Shown: piece by piece, positions 49,565-61,084 of the stretch | How the letters are laid out: the number at the start of each line of letters is the position of its first letter | How positions within the stretch are numbered: the first letter of the stretch is position 1 | DNA from: Pristiophorus japonicus | Lineage: Eukaryota | DNA length: 64,000 bases | Direction of reading: 5' to 3' | Assembly: GCF_044704955.1 (NCBI RefSeq) | Contig: NC_091989.1 | Location: 86,056,001 to 86,120,000 of the forward strand | The notes under the pieces: model-generated | Seen by the model: only the letters and a program-made list of their open reading frames with translations | Database searches by the model: none | What the model was told of the DNA's origin: nothing | Translations under genes and position numbers: made by a program

Positions 49565-52500
49565 TGTTATCTATGTAACATTCATGTAACTGTAACCTTC
49601 ATGTAACAACACTGCATAATGTATACACCTAAGAAATGCACACCTTGACCACAGGGGGTGAACGTGTGGGAGACACTCCTCATCTGGTCATCCAGGTATA
49701 TAAAGGGAGGTCCCTCGCAGGGTCATCACTCCTTGATCCCGTGACTAAAGGTTTGGGTCACACAGTGACCTTGTCTGCAGAATGTGCCTCGTGTGAATTT
49801 ATAGTAGAGTGTAAGGACACTACATTTGGTGATGAGAATCGGGAATCAACGACTCACGAGGATGGCCACCGGTAGCATAGAGGAACGGTATTGTGTTGGT
49901 GAGGACTGGGCCGATTTCATTGAGAGGCTCCAGCAGAGCTTTGTCATGAAGGACTGGCTGGGAGATGCAGTGGCTGACAAGCGAAGGGCGCATGTACTGA
50001 CCATCTGTGGACCTAAGACGTATGCGCTGATGAAAGACCTACTCGCATCCGAGAAGCCGGCGGTAAAAACCTTTGAAGAGCTCAGCAAACTGATCGATGA
50101 GCACCTCAAACCGGCGAGCAGTATACACATGGCCCGACAACGATTCTATACACACCGATGCCAGGAAGGACAGAGCATACCAGACTTCGTTGCGGACCTT
50201 CGGCGCTTGGCCAGCCTCTGTAAGTTCATAGACGCCTTCAGAGGGGAGATGTTAAGGGATTTCTTTATTGAGGGCATTGGTCATGCCGGAATTTTCAGAA
50301 AGCTAATTGAGACCAAGACTTGACCTTGGAAGTGGCGGCGTTGATGGCTCAGACCTTCATGGCGGGGGAGGAGGAAACCAAGATAATATACCCGCGCAAC
50401 TTTGCTTCCAACGTGGTGATGAATCAGGGAGTTAACATTGTAAACACGACTCAGACCCTGCAGGCAGGCAAGGTGGCAAGGGCAATTCGACACCACCCAG
50501 GCAGCAACAGACTCTAGAGTAGTTCCTCAACAGAAACAATGGCAGGTTGAACGGACATTTACACCATCACGGTGGACAATGCATCCCGGGATGGGGCCAT
50601 TGGCACCCACTAACAGAGTGTTCAAGAGTAATCAAAGAGACAATCAGAGAGGAATGCCTGGTAACAGCTCTTTTGTTCACAACAATCTCAGTTCATGCTG
50701 GAGGTGTGGGGGCAGACATGCTGCAAAAAGCTGTAGGTTTCAACAATTTAGCTGTATAAATTGTAACTTCAGTGGACATTTAGCCAGAATGTGCAGGAAG
50801 CCCGCAGCAAGGCTAATTTACGAGGCAGATGAACCAGAAGAGGGGTCTGCAAGGCAGGTTGATGCTTGGGACAAACAATGGACGCTGAACTTCAGCAGGT
50901 TCATGTGGCAAACATCCACAGCTCATATACCAAATCGCCACCAATGATGATGAAAGTCCTATTAAACAGCATCCCAGTACACATGGAGCTGGACACAGGG
51001 GCCAGCCAGTCACTTATGAGTGTCCAACAATTCGAGAAACTATGGCCACTCAGAGCTAGCAGACCCAAACTAAAACGCATTGACACGCAATTACGGATGT
51101 ACACCAAAGCGATCATCCCAGTGCTAGGCAGTGCAATGTTGGTGGTCACACATAATGGATCAGAGAACCGGCTGCTACTCTGGATTGTCCCGGGAAATGG
51201 TCCCGCGCTTTTGGGGAGGAGCTGGCTTGCCGAGATGAACTGGAATAGGGGGGATGTGCACGCCATTTAATCTGTGAAGCGAAGTTCATGCTCAGAGGTC
51301 CTACAAAAATTTGAGTCACTATTGATGTTGGGACTTTCAAAGGTACCAAGGTAGTGATACGAATCACCCCGGACGCCAGACCAGTGCAACACAAAGCCAG
51401 AGCTGTGCCGTATGTGATGCGGGATAAAATTGAGAGTGAGTTGGACAGGTTGCTAAGAGAGGGCATAATTTCGGCCTTTGAATTCAGTGACTGGGCAAGT
51501 CCCATCGTCCCTGTCCTAAAAACGGATGGCTCGGTCAGGATCTGTGGCGACTACAAGGCCACTATCAACCGTGTGTCACTACAAGACCAATACCCGCTTC
51601 CAAGAGTGGAGGATCTTTTTGCCACGCTGGCAGGCGGCAAGCTGTTCACCAAGTTGGATCTCACTTCAGCCTACGTGACCCAGGAACTGGCCGAAGAATC
51701 CAAGCTACTGACCGCCATCACCACGCACAAGGGGCTGTTTGTCTACAACAGGTGTCCATTTGGCATTCGATCAGCGGCCGCTATCTTTCAAAGGAACATG
51801 GAAAGCCTGCTCAAATCTATCCCTGGAACAATCGTATTTCAGGACGACATCCTTATCATGGGTCGAGACACCGAGGAACATCTCTACAACCTGGAGGAGG
51901 TGCTACGCCGATTGGACCAGGTAGGCCTGCGACTAAAGAAGTCCAAGTGTGTGTTTTTGGGCCCAAGTTTTGGGCAGGAGGGTTGCCGCAGACGTGATCT
52001 GGCCCACTGAATCCAAAATGGAGGCGATTTGATGTGCACCCAGGCCCGGCAACACATCAAAGTTGCGTTCATTTCTGGGACTCTTGAAATTTTTCGGGAA
52101 CTTTCTGCCGAACTTAAGCACATTGTTGGAGCTGCTACATGTGCTCCTGCGTAAGGGTTGCGATTGGTTTTTGGGGGACTGCCAGGAACGGGCTTTCAAT
52201 CAGGTGCGGAGCCTGCTTTGTTCTAATAAGCTGTTGACCCCTGTAAGAAATTGGTTTTAACATGTGATGCATCATCCTATGGGGTTGGGTGCGTGTTGCA
52301 GCAGAATAATGATGAGGGCCAACTCCAACCTGTGGCTTATGCCTCCAGGTCGCTCTCCCAAGCAGAACGGGGATATGGGATGGTTGAAAAGGAAGCACTC
52401 GCATGTGTCTATGGGGTGAAAAAGATACACCAGTACCTTTTTTGGCAGAAGGTTCGAGTTAGAAACGGACCACAAGACATTAACATCCCTGTTGTCAGAC

Positions 52501-54291
52501 AGCAAAGCTGACAATGCCAAAGTGTCAGCTTGCATACAGCAATGGGCTTTCACGCTGGCTGCGTATGACTACACCATACGGCACCGTCCAGGCACCGAAA
52601 ATTGCGCTGACGCACTCAGCAGGCTTCCACTGGGCACAACTGAGGGGGAAGCGGAGCAAAGCGCTGAGATGGTCATGGCTGTTGATGCCTTTGACAGCGC
52701 AGGCTCCCCCATCACAGCCCGCCAGATCAAAATCTGGACCAACAGAGATCCCTTCCCATCCTTGATTAAGAAATGTGACCTGACTGGGGAGTGGCGCCCG
52801 CACATGGAGCATGCCCCGAGGATGTCAGACTGTTTCACAGATGGATGGATGTGCTCTCCATCCAAGCCGACTGCCTACTATGGGGCAGACGGATAGTCAT
52901 GCCCCAGAAGGGAAGGGAAGCATTCATCAGGGAACTCCACAGCGAGCACCCAGGCATTGTGCTAATGAAGACCATTGCCTGGTCACATGTATGGTGGCCG
53001 GGAATTGACTCAGACCTGGAACATTGTGTTCGCAGGTGCACGACGTGTGCCCAGCTGGGTAATGCCCCCAGGGAGGACCCACTCAACCCGTGGCCCTGGC
53101 CCACCAGGCCATGGTCACATATTCACGTAGACTACGTGAGCCAGTTCATGGGAAAAATGTTCCTCATTGTCGTTGATACGTACTCGAAATGGATCGAGTG
53201 CATCATTTGAATTCGTGCACGAGATCCACCACTGTGCAACCCATGGCTTGCTGGACATCCAGGTTAGCGACAATGGCCCGTGTTTCACTAGCTATGAATT
53301 CAGGGAGTTCATGTCGGGTAATGGCATCAAACATGTCAGGACAGCACCGTTCAAGCCAGCCTCCAATGGCCAGGCGGAACGTGCGGTCCAAATCATAAAA
53401 CAAGGCATGCTCCAGATTCAAGGACGCTCCCTTCAATGCCGCCTATTGCACCTCCTATAGGTCCCGACCGCATTCGCTCATGGGAGTCCCGCCCACAGAG
53501 CTACTCATGAAATGTACACTTAAAACTCAGCTGTCCCTCATTCATCCAGTCCTGTCAGACATTGTTGAGGGCAAGCGCCAGTCCCAAAATGAGTGCCATG
53601 ACCGTAACTCAAAGGGGAGGGGTATAGAAATCAATGACCCTGTATTTGTTCTTAATCATACTTTGGGGCCCAAATGGCTTGAGGGTACTGTAATTGGCAA
53701 AGAGGGGAATAGGGTCATTGTGGTCAGACTTAACAATGGACAGATATGCCACAAGTATCTGGACCAAGTAAAAAAAAGGTTCAGCATGGAAACTAGGAAC
53801 CTGAGGAAGATCATGAAATGTTGCCCACACCACCGCCAGTGAATGAGCAACAAGAACTTTCAGCAGCATGCACAGTCCCTGCGGCCAGCCTGGACAAGCC
53901 AGAATCACTTCAGGTAACAGAGACGCATGCCAAGGCTCAACAACCAGAGCCCCAACTGTGGCACTCCACGAGAGAGCGTCGACCACCTGAAAGACTTAAT
54001 CTTTGACCCCATAAGACGTGGGGGGGAGGTGATGTCATGTATGTAACCTTCATGTAACTGTAACCTTCATGTAACAACACTACAGACTGTATACACCTAA
54101 GAAATCACACCTTGACCACAGAGGGTGAAGTTGTGGGAGACACTCCTCACCTGGTCATCCAGGTATATAAAGGGAGGTCCCAAACAGGGTCATCACTCCT
54201 TGGTCCCGTGAATAAAGGTTCGGGTCACAGAGTGACCTTGTCTGCAGAATGTGCCTCGTGTGAATTTATAGTAGAATGTAAGGACACTACA
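49565..54291 (+). mobile_element. Full-length decayed Gypsy (Mag-like) element C, different LTR family
   Basis: LTRs 49565-49824 and 54033-54291 (TG..CA; about 18 substitutions and 1 indel counted by eye); TSD TTCCT; PBS TGGTGATGAG at 49827; PPT GGGGGGGAGGTGA; two zinc knuckles, ELDTGAS, IVFQDD, CDASSYG, DNGP. Confidence 0.97.
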
Positions 54292-54864
54292 TTCCTGACC
54301 ATGGATACAATTTGAATTATTTCACTTGAGGTGTGTGACTCTCTGCTGGGAGGCAGCGTTCAGGTAACTCTCCCTGTTCATGATGTATTGCAGTGTTTGA
54401 AGCTCAGACTCCAGCTCATCAACAAGGAGCGAACAGCCAACACTTGCTGCAAGTGTGGTCACCGTGGATCACACTGGTGTCCACCAGCTCCCACATGCTG
54501 CAGCTGCAACACATCCCCTGCCCTGCCATCTCTAATGTATTTTATTTAATTATTTACGTTTTCAAATTTTGAAAGTTTTGTTTTTAATCCTGGCTCTTAA
54601 ATTAAACAAATGCCCAAGAAAAAGAGAGAAATACTGACCAACCAATTCCTTTCCTGTTTTCCTTTGATGTCACACTTTGACTTATTTTTACTTCTCCCTC
54701 TCAGATCGGATGGTGCTACAGGCTCTGGGCCTCACTCCATTATCTCCCACGCCGATCCTGTCTCGGCTGTTTCGGCCACTCCTTTCTATTCCAATCAGAT
54801 CAACGCTTCTCGGCTTTTTCAGAGGACAGTTAAGAGTCAGCCAAATATTGTCCAGACCAAATAA

Positions 54865-55090
54865 GAACGGATCTCCTTCCAGAAAGGACATTAGTGAACC
54901 AGATGGGTTTTACTACAATCCAATAGCGTCATGTTCACCATTACTGATACTAGCTTTTTATTCCAAATATATTCATTAACTGAATTTAAATTCCCCAGCT
55001 GCCTTGGTGTGACTTCAGCTCATGTTTCCAGATCATTAGGCCAGGCCTCTAGATTACTAGTCCATTAACATAACCACTAAATTCACGTTA
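54865..55090 (-). mobile_element. tRNA-derived SINE remnant
   Basis: On -: TAGTGGTTATGTTAATGGACTAGTAATCTAGAGGCC tRNA-like head followed by a conserved-type body. Confidence 0.55.
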
Positions 55091-55999
55091 CCATATCTGA
55101 TCCAATTCCTCTCCAGCCTCACCGCTGGTCAGAACTAGACCGGCTTAAACCCGCCGAACTCTGCCTCAGCTGTAGTTTAGGGTTTGACGGGAGAAAGCCC
55201 CTTGCAATGTTTTTGACAAGATGTCTATTCCAATACAATCTGAGTTTAAACCCGGAAGAGCCTTTACTGATTTTTGACTGGGCTCAGTGGATCTCTGATC
55301 CTCTCAAGCAATGTTCCTGCCTTCACACGGAAACAAGTCCCAGGCTTTGTTAAGAATTCGATCAGGTACAGGATGGTCAGCCTGGATTTGGAAGTATTTG
55401 AAAGTTGTTCGCGTCCCCGAATTTGACAATTCCTGCTCATATATTTGATTAAATACTTTTGTAATTTACAAAACATTGAGCTAACCACAACAAAACACAC
55501 CTCGCTCTATTTAGAATTCTTACCCCTTTGAATTCTTGTCTTTTTGAGCAGTTTTGGGACCTTTCTGCATTCTTCACATTTCCGACATTCCGTTTCCCTT
55601 TTCCGTTGCATTCTGCTTCCTGCTCATGTCCCACACCCCGGGTAGTGCAGCTGGACTAGAGGGAGCTGCGGATCCCTACACTAACAGCATCAGCAGTAAT
55701 TGCTGCAATGAAAAACCTCCCAGCATCTCCAGTAAGGATGTTTAATCTGTACTGGTGCTGATAGGAGAAGGCGGTAGTTCCTGATTATCCATGTACTCCA
55801 GCACTGAAGTGCTTCATTGTCAGAAGCCAAGATCCAGCACATTCCCGGTCTGGCACTGATCTTCCACGCATACGTGTTCCACCTCAGTAAAATGTTGAGA
55901 AGCGGAATCTGGCTTGAAGTGGATGCTCAACATTCAAAGTGTGGATTACGCTAACTGAAACTGAAGGCGCGGTAGCTTCTTCAGAAAACTAGGCAGTAG

Positions 56000-56775
56000 G
56001 AGGTCAATCATCACAGCCCTAGGATATCGCTGCAGGAATTCCTCAGGGCAGTGTCCTCGGCCCTACCATCTTCAGCTGCTTCATCAGTGACCTTCCCTCC
56101 CCTTTAAAGTAGGGATGTTCACTGATGATTCCAGTGTCCAGTGCCATTCGCAACTCCTCAGATAATGGAGCAGTCCGTGCCCACATGCAGCAAGACCTGA
56201 ACAACATTTAGGCTTGGGCTGATAAATGGCAAGTAATATTCATGCCACACAAGTGCCAGGCAATGACTATCTCCAACAAACAACAGTCTAGACATTCCAC
56301 TGCCCCTAGACATTCAACAGCATTACCTTCGCCAAATCCCCCACCATCAATACCCTGGGTGTTACCATTGACCAGAAACTGAACTGGACCAGCCAAATAA
56401 ATACTGTGGCAACAAGAGCAGGTCAGAGGCTGAGTGGCGCGTGTCTCACTTCCTGACTCCCCAAAGCCTTTCCACCATCTACAAAGCACGAGTTAGGAGT
56501 GTAATGGAATACTCTCCCCTTGCCTGGATGAGTGCAGCTCCAACAACACCACCTGCAAGTTCCCCTCCAATTCACACACCATGCTGACTTGGAAATATAT
56601 CACCATTCCTTCATCATTGCTGGGTCAAAATCCTGGAACTCCCTCCCTAACAGTACTATGGGGGTAACTTCACCACACAGACTGCAGGGGTTCAAGAAGA
56701 CAGTTCACTACCATTTTCTCAAGGGCAATTAGAGATGGGCAATAAATGCTGGCCTTGCCAGTGACACCTACATTA
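56000..56775 (+). mobile_element. CR1-clade LINE 3' fragment (second family)
   Basis: GIPQGSVLGPTIF, FTDD, SWNSLP; tail GGCAATAAATGCTGGCC. Confidence 0.75.
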
Positions 56776-56784
56776 CATTCTTGA

Positions 56785-58085
56785 ATTGGAAACAGCAACA
56801 TAACTCAAGAGCAACAAAGCAGCTCTATAGACCAAGGGCCAAAATAAAACTCACGACCTAAAGAACAGATGGTGGGTGAAAAAAGAGCAAGAGATCCAAC
56901 AACTAGCCGACAACCATGATGTGCGTGGATTCTTTAGTGCAGTCAAAACCATCTACAGCCCAAGCACTCAAGGTCCTACCAAACTTAGGTCCAACAATGG
57001 GGAGGTACTCATCAAGGATACCGCAGTAGTCAGTGGCCGCTGGAAGCAACACATCACACATATACTTAACGAGACTCTATCTTCAGCGTGAGTGTCGTTG
57101 ACTCCATCCCGCAGCATGCTACCTGCCACCACCTCACCACAGCTCCAGCCTGGCACAAGGATGAAAAGGCAATTTGACAACTGAAGAACAAGAAGTCCTC
57201 AGGAGCAAATGGAATCCCCGGCAAAGCACTAAATCATGACGGAGAAGTAGTATTGGCATGGATCCATGAACTAATTGATCATATTTGGAAAAAGGATAGC
57301 AAACCAAGAGATCTCAGAGACACTGTAATCATAACCATCTTCCAGAAAGTTGACAATTCCGATATGGTAATTAGCAGAGGAGTTTCCCTGCTGCTTACCG
57401 CAGGGAAAGTCATCGCAAGAATCGTCCTCAATCACCTTCTCCCAGTGGCTGAAGAGCTCCTCCCAGACTCTGCCCACTAAGGGACACAATATTCACCATG
57501 CATGAACTTCAAGAGAAATGCAGGGAACAGCACCAACATGGCCATCTATGACCTCACAAAGGCCGTCGACATAGTCAACCATGAAGGACTATGGTGTGTC
57601 CTCCTCAAATTCGGCTGCCCTCAAAAGTTTATCACGATCTTCCACCTGCTTCACGATGACATGCAAGACGTGATCCTGTCCAACGGATCCACCACAGACC
57701 AGGGTCATGCAAGGCTGTGTCAACAGACCAAGGCTCTTCTCGATCTTCCTTGCTGCAATGCTCCATCTCACCCACAATAAGCTTCTGGCTGGAGTGGGGC
57801 TAGTCTATAGAACAAACGGTAAATTGTTCAACCACCTGCACCTCCACTCCAGAGCCAAGGTCATCCCAACCTCTGTCATTGAATTACAGTATGCAGACGA
57901 CGCTTGCATCTGCACACACTGGGAGGTCGAACTACAAACCATTGTCAACACCTTCACCGAAGCGTACGAGAGTATGGGCTTTACATTAAACATCTGTAAG
58001 ACAAAGGTTCTCTACCAACCTGCCCCCGCCACACAATACTTCCCCCGATGATCAAGAACCATGACGAGGCCTTGGATAACATGGA
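56785..58085 (+). mobile_element. RTE-type LINE RT fragment, decayed
   Basis: DLTKAVD, KFGCPQKF, QGCV, ELQYADDA. Confidence 0.85.
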
Positions 58086-59453
58086 CTATAGCTCAGTTAG
58101 TCTAACATCTGTGGTTGGGAAAATGTTGAAATCCATTATTAAAGAAGCAGTAGCAGGACATTTGGAAAAGCAAAATTCGGTCAGGCAGAGTCAGCATGGA
58201 TTTATGAAGCGGAAGTCAGGTTTGACAAATTTGCTAGAATTCTTTGAGGATGTAACGAACAGGGTGGATAAAGGACAACTGGTTGATGTGGTGTATTTGG
58301 ACTTCCAGAAGGCAGTTGACAAGGTGCCAAATAAAAGGGTACTGCACAAGATAAAAGTTCACGCGGTTGGGGGTAATATATTAGCATGGATAGATGGCTA
58401 ACTAACAGAAAACAGAGAGTCGGGATAAATGGTTCATTCTTGGGTTGGCAACCAGTAACTAATGGGGTGCCACAGGGATCAGTGCTGGGACCCTAACTAT
58501 TTACAATCTATATCAATGACAAGGAAGAAGGGACTGAGTGTAACGTAGCCAAGTTTGCTGATGAGACAAAGATGGGAGGAAAAGCAATGTGTGACGAGGA
58601 CACCAAAAATCTGCAAAAGGACATAGACAGCTGAGTGAGCAAAAATTTGGCAGATGAAGTATAATGTTGGAAAGTGTGAGGTTATGCTCTTTGGCAGAAA
58701 AAAATCAAAGAGCAAGTTATTATTTAAATGGAGAAAAATTGCAAAGTGCTGCAGTACAGCGGGACCAGGGGGTACTTCTGCATGAAACACAAAAGATTAG
58801 TATGCAGATACAGGAAGTTATCAAGAAGGCCAATGGAATCTTGGCCTTTATTGCAAAAAGGATGGAGTATAAAAACAGGGACGTCTTGCTGCAGTTATAC
58901 AGGGTATTGGTGAGGCCACACCTGGAATACTGCGTAGTTTTGGTTTCCATATTAGTTCAGAGAATGTTCACCAGGTTGATTCCGGAGATGATGGCGTTGA
59001 TTATGAAGATAGTTTGAGTAGGTTGGGCCTCTACTCATTGGAAGTCAGAAGAATGTGAGGTGAACTTATCGAAACGTATAAGATTATGAGGGGGCTTAAC
59101 AAGGTGGATGCAGAGAGGGTGTTTCCACTGATAGGGGAGACTAGAACAAGGGACATACTCTTAGAATAAGGGGCCGACCATTTAAAAGTGAGATGAGGAG
59201 GAATTTCCTCTCTCAGACGGTTGTAAATCTGTGGAATTCGCTGCCTCAGAGAGCTGTGGAAACTGGGTCATTGAATAACTTTATGACAGAGATAGACAGT
59301 TTCTTAACCGATAAGGGAATAAAGGGTTATGGGGAGCGGGCAGGGAAGTGGACCTGAGTCCATGATTGGATCAGCCGTGATCATATTAAATGGTGGAGCA
59401 GGCTCGAGGGGCCATATGGCCTACTCCTGCTCCTATTTCTTATGTTCTTATGT
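58086..59453 (+). mobile_element. CR1 LINE RT fragment with tail
   Basis: VSLTSVVGK, YLDFQKA, LVRPHLEYC; tail TTCTTATGTTCTTATG. Confidence 0.92.
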
Positions 59454-60416
59454 TTAAACATACTACATTTATATTAAGAGACTTCTCCAACTTGTCTCCC
59501 ATAACTCCGCAGCACATCAGTGAAAGCACTGGAGAGATGGCATAACTGCCACTTATACCACTTCTCCGGCTTTCCTGTGGATCTTTCACCAAAAATACAA
59601 TGGGCAATGGGGAGAACACCTTTGGAAATTCAAACCATAGTACCTAACTCGCAATTATCTTGCAGTTGATTCACCCGTTCCCTCAGTGCACGGAACAAGC
59701 CCAAGTGACTGAATGGGCAGCTCATCTCGAGTCATTTATTTGCTGTTAGACTTAGACTGGGAGCCTCTGAGGCCATGTGACTCAGGTTGGCTATTTCTAA
59801 TTAATAATGGTTCAGTTAACCTGAACTCTCCGTCTCCAACTCCCCCAACACAATATTCCTCCATGTGGGTGGGGGAGCATTTTCCTCAAGTGCTGGATTG
59901 CCACCATTAGTGTGCCAGGACCACAGCACCTGGTCGGACTCTGCTGCAACCTGGTCCCATTTTTCTGGGTCAGTGTCAATTAATTATATCTTTTCTTAAT
60001 AAAATACGAGGAGACACTGGATTGCCCCTGTGTCATCAAACCAAAACAAGCACACGTGCCCCTTTTAAAAGGGCATAACTAATAGAAATCCAATCATAAA
60101 GAAACAAAGGAAACTTATCAAATTATAGTAATAAAATTGCCACCCATGTCTAATGAGTCTTCCAGCCCCTGCAGCACCCACAGGCCCAGCGCATACGGTA
60201 GACAGCGCATGTTCTTTCTCCAGAGCTGGCCAGGTGCGGACAAGGCCACGGAAGAGAGGCCAGCAGTGCGTAAATTAATTATGCAGAGTGACTTCCAGCT
60301 GTATTGTGGCTTTTCAGAGGGAATCCACCATTTCTGCACTTGGCACTCACTAGAGGAGCTGAAATGGGCGAACATCAATATTAAAACAGGTACAAAATCC
60401 CGAAAATTGATAGTAC

Positions 60417-61084
60417 TGTAATATATATATATATAGCTCCACCCAGTGAACTACTGTGGTAATGCAGTCATTGTTGTTTACAACAATAAAGAGGAAACAG
60501 GTCACCTGAGAGGTTCCTGAAGTTATTAGCCATCTTACAGCCTGTGTGTTTGAGAGGTCATACCGAAAACATAACATTGGTGATGAACGATAGGATTTCT
60601 AGATAACCTAGCTGAAATTAATGTTGGTGGATGATTCATCCAACCAACAGTGGGACTTTGAGAGCTTCTTTGTTTTGATTAACAGCTAAAAATCCAAGGT
60701 AAATTACAAGCACACTTGTGTGAACTGCCAAAATCCATATGGGCACGCCAATGGGAATAATACGGCACTTGGGGGAGTTTCAACATCACCGTGAAACTTT
60801 CACAGCATATGTGAAGTGGCTTGAAATGTTTGTCAAATCCAATAGTGTCACCAATGCCCCTGATGATGAAAACCGTAACCGGGTGGTGTTTGAAAGTAAA
60901 TGGGCTATTTTCTAACTGAAGCAGGCACCAAGGTGTATGAAATCCTGAAAAAATTTGCTTGAGCCTGTCAAGCAAAAGGACACATCACTTAAGCAGATTC
61001 TAACAGTTCTACAGTCCTGATCCCCTGGAAATTGCGGAAAGTTATTGTTTTGGAATAGAAGATCAGTTAACCGACAAAAGTATC
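60417..61084 (+). mobile_element. Older Gypsy element E (5' LTR, PBS, gag N-terminus) interrupted by element D
   Basis: TGTAATA...ATAACA at 60417-60576; PBS-like TGGTGATGAA at 60578; from about 60739 MGTPMGIIRHLGEF..FTAYVKWLEMFVKSN..VYEILK..IAESY, which is gag-like. Confidence 0.7.

Larger units (their letters stand above)
43120..54560 (-). mobile_element. Near full-length CR1 LINE (ORF1 zinc finger, APE endonuclease, RT) hosting three nested insertions
   Basis: CCSCSMWE..HTCSKC at about 54440-54510; ALYLNASSIRNK..IAITETWL at about 47975-48175; GDFN..LDL..SDH at 44470-45156; RT at 43520-44250. Confidence 0.85.

Noticed and set aside
49826-53842. Intact or domesticated gag-pol
   Set aside because: Multiple stops and frameshifts in all Gypsy copies.
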